A stretch of 64,000 bases of DNA from a bacterium (lineage in GTDB: Bacteria > Krumholzibacteriota > Krumholzibacteriia > G020349025): the NCBI GenBank assembly GCA_031362565.1, contig JANLSU010000006.1, forward strand, positions 1 to 64,000. Reading direction: 5' to 3'. Under the pieces are notes generated by a model. The model did not search any database and was not told the origin of the DNA. It saw only the letters and a list, made by a program, of their open reading frames with translations. This document shows positions 46,471-55,705 of the stretch, in pieces. Each line of letters starts with the position of its first letter. Within the stretch, counting starts at the first letter, position 1. The translations under genes were made by a program, and so were the position numbers.

Positions 46471-47268
46471 ATGACGGTACGCGCCCTCATCGTGGACGAC
46501 GAGGACATCGCGCGCCAGCGCTTGCGCGCCATGCTGGCGGCGCTACCGGGCGGGCCGGTGGATGTCACGGGTGAGGCCGCGAACGGCGCCCAAGCCCTCG
46601 AACGCATCACTGAGCTCGAGCCCGAACTCGTTTTTCTCGATCTCCGCATGCCCGACATGGATGGCTTCGAGGTGCTGCGGCTCGTTCCTGAGGGCCAGTT
46701 GCCGCACATCATCTTCGTCACCGGCCACGATGACTTCGCGCTGCAGGCGTTCGAAGTGAATGCCGTCGACTACTTACTGAAGCCCGTCAAGGCAACGCGT
46801 TTGGAAGAAGCCGTGCAGCGGGCCTTGGTGCGTCTCGGGGTGCGCGCGCAGGAGAGAGCTGCAACGCTTGACCCGGCCATTGCTGCAGACGTTGGAATCG
46901 AGCAAGTCCTGGAAGCCCTCGCCGCCCGCGAGTCCCGCTGGTTCAAACGCATTCCGCTCCAGTACGCGCGCTCGACGCGCATCGTGCCCGTCGACCAGAT
47001 TCTCTGCGTGCGCGTCGCCGAAGGCCTCGTTCGGGTCCGCATTGCCGACGCTGAAATGCGCACCGGCCTCACGTTCCGGCAGCTCGAAGAGGGCCTCGAT
47101 CCGGCGCGTTTCCTGCGCGTCCATCGCTCCGGCATCGTCAACCTGGACCACGTGCACGAATTCAAGACCTTCCCCAACGGCACCGCCATCCTGACCCTGG
47201 GCGCCGACCTCCAAATCGAAGTCAGCCGCAGCCACGTCCCCGACGTCCGGCGCGCCCTCAGTCTGTAA
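46471..47268 (+). CDS. LytTR-family response regulator
   Basis: IVDDE, FLDLRMP, DYLLKP; FLRVHRSGIVNL; VSR. Confidence 0.92.
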   Translation: MTVRALIVDDEDIARQRLRAMLAALPGGPVDVTGEAANGAQALERITELEPELVFLDLRMPDMDGFEVLRLVPEGQLPHIIFVTGHDDFALQAFEVNAVDYLLKPVKATRLEEAVQRALVRLGVRAQERAATLDPAIAADVGIEQVLEALAARESRWFKRIPLQYARSTRIVPVDQILCVRVAEGLVRVRIADAEMRTGLTFRQLEEGLDPARFLRVHRSGIVNLDHVHEFKTFPNGTAILTLGADLQIEVSRSHVPDVRRALSL

Positions 47269-47287
47269 TCGTGCGAAGGAGAATCCT

Positions 47288-47689
47288 TTGAGCAGCAATG
47301 CATGGCGGGTGTCACCCGTCGTCGGGGTCCGGAATGTGCGTCAGGCAGCGGAGTACTACCGGGATGTCCTGGGTTTCAGCCTCGATCCGGTGGATGGTGT
47401 GTTCCAACCCTCGGCGGACGAGCCGGGCGGTGTGTATGCGATCGTCAAACGCCCTGGAGTCTGGATCCATTTTCAAATTCGCCGCGGTGATTTGCCGGAG
47501 CGCAAGCGGCAGTCCATCGAGCGGGATCTCTACTTCTATGTCGACGGCTTGGATGCTCTCTATGCCGACCTTCAACAACGCGGCGCGGCGATCAAACACG
47601 GGCCGCAAATGGCGCCCTATGGCATTCGCGAAATCGAAGTCGAAGACCTGAACGGCTATCGGTTGACGTTCGGCGAGATGGCCTCGTGA
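47288..47689 (+). CDS. VOC/glyoxalase-family protein
   Basis: YYRDVLGF..PYGIRE..EDLNGY. Confidence 0.85.
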   Translation: MSSNAWRVSPVVGVRNVRQAAEYYRDVLGFSLDPVDGVFQPSADEPGGVYAIVKRPGVWIHFQIRRGDLPERKRQSIERDLYFYVDGLDALYADLQQRGAAIKHGPQMAPYGIREIEVEDLNGYRLTFGEMAS

Positions 47690-47795
47690 ACCCAAGTCGC
47701 GGCGTGATTCAAGCCGTCCCAGAGTGATCCGCGCCTCGTCGCCCGGGGCCTGCAGGGGCCATTCGGGGCGGCGCGAGCTTTGCGTAGAAAAGTAC

Positions 47796-47903
47796 TTGAC
47801 GACGTGTCGGGCCCCGCCTACCCTCGGAGGAGCCTGCCCGCCTGGCCTGGTGCTCCGGCCCGGTCCTCGCCCCGGCAATCGGCGGAGCACCCTAGGCACG
47901 GGC
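47796..47903 (+). promoter_or_regulatory. Sigma70-type promoter followed by a long 5'-UTR hairpin
   Basis: TTGACG-17 nt-TACCCT; stems GCCCG/CGGGC, GCCT/AGGC, GGTGCTCCG/CGGAGCACC. Confidence 0.55.
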
Positions 47904-47925
47904 GAAACCTACGAAGGACGGAATC

Positions 47926-48582
47926 ATGGTCTCCATCGCAGCCATCCTCGGCGCGACCGTGTTGGTCGCAAGCGTGACGCATCATGGACCACAGCCACGT
48001 ACCTCGCCGCTGGCGGTCGCCGCGGTCGCGGGCGATGTTGCGGCGGTGCGCGCCCGGCTCGCGGCCGGCGACGACCCGAACGCGTTCGCCGAAAGCTTCC
48101 TGCCGCTCGACTGGGCGGCGCGCTTTGGACAAGTGGATGCGATGCGCGCTCTCGTCGACGGCGGCGCCAAGCTCGACCTGATCGACGACGGGCCGAATGG
48201 TTGGACACCCATTCAACACGCCCTACACAAGGATCAAACCAAAGCGGCGCTGGCGTTGCTCGAGTGGGGAGCGGATCCTAACTCGCGGTCGCGGAATGGC
48301 GAGACGCCTCTCATGCGTGCCGCCTGTCAGAGCAATCTCAAGGTCGTGCGTTACTTGCTCGCGCACGGTGCCGACCCGCGCGCCGAAACGCAGGGACATC
48401 GCAACGCCTTGCACTACTGTTTGAATGGCGGCAACGCCGTCATCGCCAAGGCGATTCTCGACAAAGCTCCCGACCTGCGTGTAGCGAACGATCTGGAAGT
48501 CTTCGTCTCATGTCTCGCGGCGCGCCTGCGCGGCGACACGGAACTGGTGCGTGCCGTCCACGGACAGCCGGCACACGAGTGA
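47926..48582 (+). CDS. Ankyrin-repeat protein with hydrophobic N-terminus
   Basis: GWTPIQHA, GADPN, GETPLMRAA repeats. Confidence 0.88.
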   Translation: MVSIAAILGATVLVASVTHHGPQPRTSPLAVAAVAGDVAAVRARLAAGDDPNAFAESFLPLDWAARFGQVDAMRALVDGGAKLDLIDDGPNGWTPIQHALHKDQTKAALALLEWGADPNSRSRNGETPLMRAACQSNLKVVRYLLAHGADPRAETQGHRNALHYCLNGGNAVIAKAILDKAPDLRVANDLEVFVSCLAARLRGDTELVRAVHGQPAHE

Positions 48583-48633
48583 TTGAGCGCGGCGAGCGCC
48601 GGTAGCGGTTGCTCCCGAGCGCACCTGGCCCGC

Positions 48634-48789
48634 ATTCCCGATCGGGAATAAATCGACCTAATCTCCAGCTCTGGGGCGAAATCCACGCCTGGGGACAACG
48701 CTCTATTCCCGATCGGGATAAAAATTGTTCCAAAGCCTCGATCGGGGCGATACACTATCGCCTGCGCTTGATTTGATCCCGATCGGGGT
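48634..48789. promoter_or_regulatory. Four palindromic operators CCCGATCGGG upstream of hipB-like gene
   Basis: 48634-48649 (perfect 16-bp ATTCCCGATCGGGAAT), 48705-48720, 48735-48748 (one mismatch), 48776-48789. Confidence 0.8.
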
Positions 48790-48794
48790 TCCAC

Positions 48795-49037
48795 ATGGTT
48801 CGCGAAACGCCAGCCACGACCGCATCGACCATCGGTGATTTCGTAAGCGCGCGCCGCAAGGCCGGGCGATTGACCCAACGCGAGTTGGCCGAGCTGGCGC
48901 AGGTTGGAACTCGCTTCGTGTCCGAGCTCGAACGCGGCAAAACGACCGCACGCATGAGCGAAGTCAATCGCGTGCTCGCAGTTTTCGGGCGCGCGCTGGG
49001 AGTCGTCGACGCAACCAAACAAAGCGGTAAGGCATGA
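48795..49037 (+). CDS. hipB: HipB-like HTH regulator
   Basis: LTQRELAELAQVGTRFVSELERGK. Confidence 0.85.
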   Translation: MVRETPATTASTIGDFVSARRKAGRLTQRELAELAQVGTRFVSELERGKTTARMSEVNRVLAVFGRALGVVDATKQSGKA

Positions 49038-49372
49038 AGAACCGCCAAGGCATCGTTCGGTTGGACGGCCGGGTCGCGGGTACGCTTGCGGAATCGGGCC
49101 GGCAGATCGTGTTTCAATACACGCCTGCCTGGTGCGCCGATCCCACCGCCGTTCCCGTGTCGCTGACGATGCCGCTGCGCGCCGAACCGTATGTCTCCGA
49201 AGGCTTGCATCCGTTCTTCGAAAACCTCTTGCCCGAAGGCTGGCTTCTGGAGCTTGCAACCCGCAAGCTCAAGATCGCCAAGGACGATGCGTTCGGTTTG
49301 CTGCTCGCGACGTGCGCGGACTGCATCGGCGCCGTCGAAGTCGTTCCAATGACGACGGACGCCCCGCCATGA
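49034..49372 (+). CDS. HipA N-terminal-domain protein (HipS-like)
   Basis: VSLTMPL, LHPFFENLLPEGW, DCIGAV; ATGA overlaps. Confidence 0.88.
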   Translation: MKNRQGIVRLDGRVAGTLAESGRQIVFQYTPAWCADPTAVPVSLTMPLRAEPYVSEGLHPFFENLLPEGWLLELATRKLKIAKDDAFGLLLATCADCIGAVEVVPMTTDAPP

Positions 49373-50310
49373 CAACGGTCTGCCGCGCTTGTCTCGGCGA
49401 TCTGCGGGAGCCGGGTGAGTATCACGCGCGTTGCGTCCGCCGGCTCTTCGGCTCCACGAAAGTCCCCCGGCTCGACATCGAGCTAGCCAAGCTGCACACG
49501 GCAGCTCTGGCGATGGTTGGTCATACTTCCTTGTCCGGCGTTCAGAAGAAGATCTCGCTCAATCTTTCGACGGACCGTGAGACGTTGCAAGTCGCGGCCG
49601 GCAAGAGTCGCTACATCCTCAAGGTGCAAAGCGATCCGTATCCCGCGCTGCCGGAGAACGAGCATCTGACGACTCGTCTCGCGCAACTCGTGGAGATCCA
49701 GGTTGCGCCGTTCGGACTCGTGCCGCTCAAGGACGGCTCGCTCGCCTATGTCGTCCAACGGTTCGACCGGCTGCCGGACGGCCGCAAGCTGCGCCAGGAG
49801 GACTTCTGCCAACTCGCCGAGCTGTCGCCGAAGGAGAAATACGATTCGACCGCTGAGCGCTGCGTGAAGCTGGCCCAGCGATTCGCTTCGGAACCGCTCA
49901 TCGCAACGCTCGCGCTGTACCGGCTCTTGGTGTTCACGTGGTGGTCGGGCAATGGCGACATGCACCTGAAGAATTTCTCGCTGCTGACCGATGAGCAGGA
50001 GACCATTCGTCTGACGCCCGCCTACGATCTGCTTTGTACCCGGCTCGTCATTCCGAATGACCCGCTAGCCCTGCCAGTCTGCGGCAAGAAGGACAACCTC
50101 GATCGCGACACGTGGCTGGAGTTCGCAAAGTACGCCCGGCTTTCCGACAAGGCGGCATCTCGCGTTCTGGACCGGCAGTCGGCAGTCAAGACGGACGCAA
50201 CGGCGCTCGTCGACCGCAGTTTCTTGCCGGCCGAAATGAAAACGCAGTACCGAAGTCTAATTGACGAGCGAACAAAGCAGCTCGGTCGCCCTATCGGTAA
50301 ATCTGCTTGA
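49369..50310 (+). CDS. HipA_C kinase toxin (HipT-like)
   Basis: SLSGVQKK, QEDFCQ, GNGDMHLKNFS, LTPAYDL; N-terminal CxxC..HxxC. Confidence 0.9.
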   Translation: MTTVCRACLGDLREPGEYHARCVRRLFGSTKVPRLDIELAKLHTAALAMVGHTSLSGVQKKISLNLSTDRETLQVAAGKSRYILKVQSDPYPALPENEHLTTRLAQLVEIQVAPFGLVPLKDGSLAYVVQRFDRLPDGRKLRQEDFCQLAELSPKEKYDSTAERCVKLAQRFASEPLIATLALYRLLVFTWWSGNGDMHLKNFSLLTDEQETIRLTPAYDLLCTRLVIPNDPLALPVCGKKDNLDRDTWLEFAKYARLSDKAASRVLDRQSAVKTDATALVDRSFLPAEMKTQYRSLIDERTKQLGRPIGKSA

Positions 50311-50830
50311 CGACGCTCCAAGGACGCGACTCGATGGCGACGTTGATGTCGTCGAGTGCCGGGCAAGGCGTCGGGCAAACATTGCGGCCGGCGGGGTCGA
50401 AGAGCAGGAGTTCGACGAGCGCGCAGCTCGACGAACGAAAGGCGATCGTGAGGTCGAAACCGCGGTGGAACGGCGGTGCGCAGACTTCGAAGTCATGCAC
50501 GATGCACTCGGGCAGGCCGGCGCCGGCGAGCGGTTTGCCCGGGGCCCAGCGGCGCTCGAGCACGTAGCGCAGCGGTGAGGTGCAATTGGTGCCGTTGACG
50601 ACGATGCGCACGCTGTCGACGGCGGCGCCGTTGGCGCCGATCCAAACTCGCACACTGTCGTTGCCCGCGGTGCCGGACCAAACACCAGGAAGGCCCGCGC
50701 AGGAACCGGATCCCGGCGGCGAGCATCCCAGGCGCGTGCCGATCTCGGGCTGAATTGGAATGGCCGCGTGCGCGGTTGCGCACCGGCAGAAGACAATCCA
50801 CGCAGAAAGAAAACCGAGCCGCCGCCGCAT
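50291..50830 (-). CDS. Small secreted Cys-rich protein with WSxVK tail
   Basis: Signal ending AHA-A; ends VAIESRPWSVVKQIYR. Confidence 0.75.
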   Translation of the reverse strand: MRRRLGFLSAWIVFCRCATAHAAIPIQPEIGTRLGCSPPGSGSCAGLPGVWSGTAGNDSVRVWIGANGAAVDSVRIVVNGTNCTSPLRYVLERRWAPGKPLAGAGLPECIVHDFEVCAPPFHRGFDLTIAFRSSSCALVELLLFDPAGRNVCPTPCPALDDINVAIESRPWSVVKQIYR

Positions 50831-51150
50831 CCCCACACCTCACATCCGAAGCACCACTGGAAATACGGCAGCAAGCGATGTGCCGCGCGCGAGTTGCGCG
50901 CGGGTATCCCAAGCGCCTCACACAAATGCACGAGACACGGTGTCGAACTTCGAGCCCCGGCCTGGACCCACGCCTCGATTGGAGCATCCTTGGAAAGCCC
51001 CGCGGCGCGGGCTACCATGCAGGGAGGGGGCGCCGGCCGCGCGTGTGGACGCCGCGTCTCCAGGCATGCACCATGCTGCCAAGCGGTTACGGCTTCCGGC
51101 ACCGGTCGCCCCAAGCCGCCCCGTTCGATCTCGTAGGAAGGAACAGGCTG

Positions 51151-52098
51151 ATGCCGCAGGATGACGTTTCCGGTCCGCTGTTTGATTCGCGCCCGGGGGG
51201 CGCCGGGGCAGGTACCGGATCTTCCGGCGCGCCGCGTCCCAACGCCGCCGCCGCGCCCGATCCCGCGGACGTGCCGGACTGGGTCTCGGAGCTGGTGCCG
51301 CTCGATCGCCCGCTCGCGGTCCTCGATCTCGAAGCCACCGGCACCGCGCCGCACCGCGACCGGATCGTCGAGGTCTGCGTTCTGAAACTGTTCCCTGATG
51401 GCCGCAAGATCGTCCGCCACCGGCGCGTCAATCCCGGCATGCCAATTCCGCCGGACGCCACCGAAGTGCACGGCATCAGCGACCAAGACGTCGCGAACGA
51501 ACCGGAATTCAAGTACATCGCCGCCGCCCTCGCGGAACTCTTGGAAGGCTGCGACTTGGGTGGCTTCGGCATCGTGCAATACGACATGCCGCTTCTGCGC
51601 GCCGAATTCGAACGCGCCGGCGTCGATTTCCCGGTCGAGGGCCGGCGCATCATCGATGCGAAATCCATCTACCACGCGATGGAACCGCGCAACTTGGCGG
51701 CCGCGCACCTGTACTACTGCGGCAAGTCGTTCGAAGCAGCACATTCGGCCGAGGCCGATACGCTGGCGACGTACCGCGTGTTGGTTCAGCAACTCCGCCG
51801 CTATCCGGAGCTGCCGCACTCCTTCGACGAATTGCACCGCATGTCGAATCCGCGCCAGGCGGATTTCGTCGACAGCGAGGGCAAGCTCATCTGGCGCAGT
51901 AACGAGGTGCATTTCAACTTTGGAAAGCACCGGGGCGTGCCGCTCCGCGAAGTGATTCAAATCGACCTCGAATATGTGCGCTGGCTCATTGCCAAGGACT
52001 TCCGCCCCGATCTAAAGAATGTGCTCGCGTCGGCGCTCGAAGGCCGCTATCCGCTCCAGCGCCTGCAAACGCAGGTGGGTGATTTCTCGAGCCGCTGA
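51151..52098 (+). CDS. DEDDh 3'-5' exonuclease (DnaQ-like) with C-terminal FGKH.G domain
   Basis: DLEATG, YDMP, AHSAEAD, FNFGKHRG. Confidence 0.88.
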   Translation: MPQDDVSGPLFDSRPGGAGAGTGSSGAPRPNAAAAPDPADVPDWVSELVPLDRPLAVLDLEATGTAPHRDRIVEVCVLKLFPDGRKIVRHRRVNPGMPIPPDATEVHGISDQDVANEPEFKYIAAALAELLEGCDLGGFGIVQYDMPLLRAEFERAGVDFPVEGRRIIDAKSIYHAMEPRNLAAAHLYYCGKSFEAAHSAEADTLATYRVLVQQLRRYPELPHSFDELHRMSNPRQADFVDSEGKLIWRSNEVHFNFGKHRGVPLREVIQIDLEYVRWLIAKDFRPDLKNVLASALEGRYPLQRLQTQVGDFSSR

Positions 52099-52134
52099 CC
52101 GCGGGGTTTGGTGCCGGTGGGTAGGGAGGGGACG

Positions 52135-53214
52135 ATGAGCGACGTGCTGCTGCAAGTCCGCGACCTTTGCGTGCACTTTCCGGTGCGCGGCGGCGGCCTG
52201 CGCCCCGGTCCGACGCGCTACGTGCGCGCTGTCGACGGCGTCAACCTGGAGGTGTCCAAGGGGGAGACACTGGGGCTTGTTGGCGAGTCGGGCTGCGGCA
52301 AGTCGACGACCGGCCGCGCCATCCTGCAACTCGTTCGGCCCACTTCGGGATCGGTCGTCTTCCGCGGCGAGGAACTGACCCAGCTTCGGAGCCGCGCGCT
52401 CCGCAACATGCGCCGCCACATGCAAATGGTGTTTCAGAATCCGTATGCGTCGCTCGACCCGCGCATGACGGTGGGTGGCATCATTGCCGAGCCGCTTCGC
52501 CTGCACGGCCTGCTCCGCGGCAAGGCGCTCCAAGATCGCGTCCTGCAGCTCATCGAAATGGTGGGCTTGAATCCCGCCCATGTGCGGCGTTTCCCGCACG
52601 AGTTTTCGGGCGGCCAGCGCCAGCGCGTTGGCATCGCGCGTGCGATCGCGCTCGAGCCGGAGTTCATCGTCGCCGATGAACCCATTTCAGCTCTCGACGT
52701 GTCGATTCAGGCGCAAGTGCTGAATTTGCTCAAGGATTTGCAACAGCAGCTCGGGCTGACGTACTTGTTCATCGCCCACGACTTGGCGGCGGTGCAGCAT
52801 GTGAGCGACCGCATCGCCGTCATGTACCTGGGCAAGGTGGTGGAGGTCGGCGCAGCGCGCGATGTCGTGCGGCGGCCGCTGCATCCGTATACGCAAGCCT
52901 TGCTCTCGGCGGTGCCGGTGCCCGATCCCGAGGCGGAAATGCGCCGCCATCGGATCGTCTTGCAAGGCGATCCGCCGAGCCCGCTCGATCCGCCGTCCGG
53001 GTGCCGCTTCCGTACCCGCTGTGCCTATGCCATGGACCGGTGCGCAAGCGAAGAACCGGTGCTGCGCGATTGGGAGACGAGCCATGGCGTCGCTTGCCAC
53101 GCGCTCGATCTCGTGCCGCCGCCGCATCTCGCGGAGCCGCTGTCGCGGCACCAGGTTGTCGAAACGCCCGGCGGTTCGCCGCCCACCCTCGTGACGCGTG
53201 ACGAGCGCTCGTGA
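52135..53214 (+). CDS. oppF: Oligopeptide ABC ATP-binding protein (OppF/AppF)
   Basis: GESGCGKST, FSGGQRQR, HPYTQALL, GCRFRTRC. Confidence 0.9.
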   Translation: MSDVLLQVRDLCVHFPVRGGGLRPGPTRYVRAVDGVNLEVSKGETLGLVGESGCGKSTTGRAILQLVRPTSGSVVFRGEELTQLRSRALRNMRRHMQMVFQNPYASLDPRMTVGGIIAEPLRLHGLLRGKALQDRVLQLIEMVGLNPAHVRRFPHEFSGGQRQRVGIARAIALEPEFIVADEPISALDVSIQAQVLNLLKDLQQQLGLTYLFIAHDLAAVQHVSDRIAVMYLGKVVEVGAARDVVRRPLHPYTQALLSAVPVPDPEAEMRRHRIVLQGDPPSPLDPPSGCRFRTRCAYAMDRCASEEPVLRDWETSHGVACHALDLVPPPHLAEPLSRHQVVETPGGSPPTLVTRDERS

Positions 53215-54089
53215 ACCATCGCATCGCCTTCGCAACCTGTCGCGACATGCCGGAGCTGCGGCCTGACGAGTGCCTGCCGATCGCGCCACTGGCGCGGCTC
53301 GGCATCACAGCCGAGCCGGCAATTTGGGACGATCCCGCGGTGCGTTGGGAGAAATACGGCAGCGTCATTCTGCGCACAGTTTGGGACTATCACCTGCGCG
53401 CCGCGGCATTCCTGGAGTGGGTGCAGCGGCTCGAAGAACGTGGTGTGCGGCTCTGGAATTCAGCGCCACTCGTGCGTTGGAATATCGACAAACGTTATCT
53501 CCTGGATCTCGCGGCCGGCGGTGTGCGCATCATTCCAACGGTGGTGTTCGAAGAGGGCGCCCGTGTGGATGTGAAGCGCGAACTCGAGCAGCGCGGCTGG
53601 CCGCGCGCCGTCGTAAAACCGGCCGTGTCGGCTTCGGCGTACCGGACCGTTGTCGTGGAAGCGCACGACGCGGTGGCGGCGGGACGAGCGCAGGCGGAAG
53701 TCGATGCACTCCTTGCAACCGGCGCTTGTCTCCTGCAGCCGTTCGTGGCTGAGGTCGTCGAGCAGGGCGAATGGTCTTTTGCCTTTTTCGATGGCCGCTT
53801 CAGCCACGCAATTCTGAAACGGCCGCAGCCGGGCGATTTCCGCGTCCAAGAAGAGCACGGCGGCATCATCCGCGCCGCGATTCCGCCGCCCGCCCTCTTG
53901 GAGCAAGCCCAACAAGCCCTCGAGTGTATCCCCGGGCCGTGGCTCTACGCGCGCGTCGACGGCGTCGAAACAGCAGGCGCTCTGTCGGTCATGGAACTCG
54001 AGCTGATCGACCCGGCCTTCTATTTCGACCGGGACCCGGCGGCGGCGGAGCGGTTTGCGGCTTGCGTGTATCATCGGAGCTTGGAGTAG
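53211..54089 (+). CDS. ATP-grasp (RimK/GshB-like) protein
   Basis: WNIDKRYL, VVKP, DFRVQ, YARVD, MELELIDP. Confidence 0.85.
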   Translation: MNHRIAFATCRDMPELRPDECLPIAPLARLGITAEPAIWDDPAVRWEKYGSVILRTVWDYHLRAAAFLEWVQRLEERGVRLWNSAPLVRWNIDKRYLLDLAAGGVRIIPTVVFEEGARVDVKRELEQRGWPRAVVKPAVSASAYRTVVVEAHDAVAAGRAQAEVDALLATGACLLQPFVAEVVEQGEWSFAFFDGRFSHAILKRPQPGDFRVQEEHGGIIRAAIPPPALLEQAQQALECIPGPWLYARVDGVETAGALSVMELELIDPAFYFDRDPAAAERFAACVYHRSLE

Positions 54090-54113
54090 ACGATCGCCTG
54101 GGAGGCCGAATCC

Positions 54114-54350
54114 ATGCAAACGCCGCAGCGCCCGGATGCCAACACCAGCATTCGCGGCCTGCGTACCGTGGTGTACAAAGTGACCGATTTGGCAGCCGCG
54201 ACCCGCTTCTACTCGAGCGTCTTAGGGATCGCGCCCTATTTCGAAGAGCCGTTCTATGCCGGCATCAAAGTCGGCACCGTCGAGGACCCGTTCGGCAACT
54301 GCTTCGGCGTCATCGAGAACCCGCATTTCTCGCTGGCGGATGTAAAGTAG
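54114..54350 (+). CDS. VOC-family protein with apparent in-frame internal deletion
   Basis: GLRTVVY..PYFEEPFYAG joined directly to IKVGTVEDPFGN..IENPHF. Confidence 0.65.
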   Translation: MQTPQRPDANTSIRGLRTVVYKVTDLAAATRFYSSVLGIAPYFEEPFYAGIKVGTVEDPFGNCFGVIENPHFSLADVK

Positions 54351-54384
54351 GCGGCGCGATCGCACCCCGCGGGAGGCGCTAAGC

Positions 54385-54981
54385 GTGACTTTGGACTCGT
54401 TGCTCGCAGCCGCCATCGGCATCGGCCTCGCTGCCGCATGCGGGTTTCGTGTCTTCGTGCCGCTGCTCGTCGCGTGTGTTGCGGCGCGCACCGGCCACTT
54501 GCCACTGTCGCCGGATTTTTCATGGCTGGCGAGTACGCCGGCACTCGTAGCGCTTGCGACGGCGACCGCTCTCGAGATCGGCGCCTACTCGGTGCCGTGG
54601 CTCGATCACCTGCTCGACATCGTCGCGACACCTGCCGCCGTCGTTGCCGGCATGGTGGCGAGTGCCTCGATGCTGACGAGCCTGCCGCCGGTCGTAAAAT
54701 GGGGCGTAGCGCTCATTGCCGGCGGCGGTGCAGCCGGCATCGTGCAGGGCGCGACCGTGCTCACGCGTCTCAAGTCGGCAGCAACCACCGGCGGCCTCGC
54801 GAATCCGTTCGTCTCAGCGATCGAACTCGTAGGATCCCTCGCGACCTCGCTCCTCGCGATCGTCGTCCCAGCAGTCGTGCTTCTGGCGGTCGTCGCCTTC
54901 TGTATCTTCGCCTTCCGCGCCACCGGCCTCGTCTTTGGCCGCCGCGCCGCGGAGTCGGCCAGCCGGGGGCCGCAGCCCTAG
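54385..54981 (+). CDS. DUF4126 membrane protein
   Basis: GLAAACGFRVFVPLL, PWLDHLLD, TTGGLANP. Confidence 0.88.
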   Translation: MTLDSLLAAAIGIGLAAACGFRVFVPLLVACVAARTGHLPLSPDFSWLASTPALVALATATALEIGAYSVPWLDHLLDIVATPAAVVAGMVASASMLTSLPPVVKWGVALIAGGGAAGIVQGATVLTRLKSAATTGGLANPFVSAIELVGSLATSLLAIVVPAVVLLAVVAFCIFAFRATGLVFGRRAAESASRGPQP

Positions 54982-54995
54982 GCCTGTGAGGGCAA

Positions 54996-55684
54996 TGATG
55001 CGCGCGTCTCTCGTGCTGACCTGTATCGTCACCTTTCTGTGGTCTAGACCAGCCCAAGGGTCGAGTGAGGAAACGGCCTGGTGGGTGCGTTTCCAGATTT
55101 ATTCGAATTCGGTCGAGCCCGACTCCTCGATGGTCGAGGTGGGGTCGTGCCCAGTCGCACCCGAGTTGTATCGCGTTCAGAGCGCCTCGGTGGTGGGGTT
55201 GATCTCGGTCTTGACGATGGGACAGGGGGAAGAGTCGCTTACAAGCCTCATGCAGTTGAGCGATGACGTGCACATGTCCTTTTCCGACGGCGCGTGGGAC
55301 ATCAAGGTCTACATCCCGGATGGGCGCTTTCGAGTCGTACTGTTGCCAGATCCATTTTTTTGGACCCCGAGCATTGTTACGCAAAGGAAGGTTCTGAAGG
55401 ACGACGACAAGTTCAGGATCACGGGTATCTTGAATCTGGTCGATCGAACCGGCAATGTGACTTTCCCGCCGGAAGTCTCACCCAGCACCGTCATTCGCTT
55501 CGAGCGGGTCAAGGCCGAGGGATCCGAAATCGCCCTTGGGTTTTCTGCCTACGTCGACTTCGAGATCGCCGGGGGACGACTCCTGTCTCGGGACCTCAAC
55601 CTTGTTGTGGATTGTGACGGGGACGGCAAACAGGACCAGGTCATCACAGGTGGGCCGTATGTTCCCACGCCGCGGAAGAAGTAG
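54996..55684 (+). CDS. Secreted hypothetical protein
   Basis: Signal peptide; DCDGDG motif near the C-terminus. Confidence 0.6.
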
Positions 55685-55705
55685 CGGCGTCGCCTTGAAA
55701 CCTCG

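Noticed and set aside
52135..53214. Orphan oppF as a novelty
   Set aside because: Split opp/dpp loci are common, and the partners are probably elsewhere in the genome
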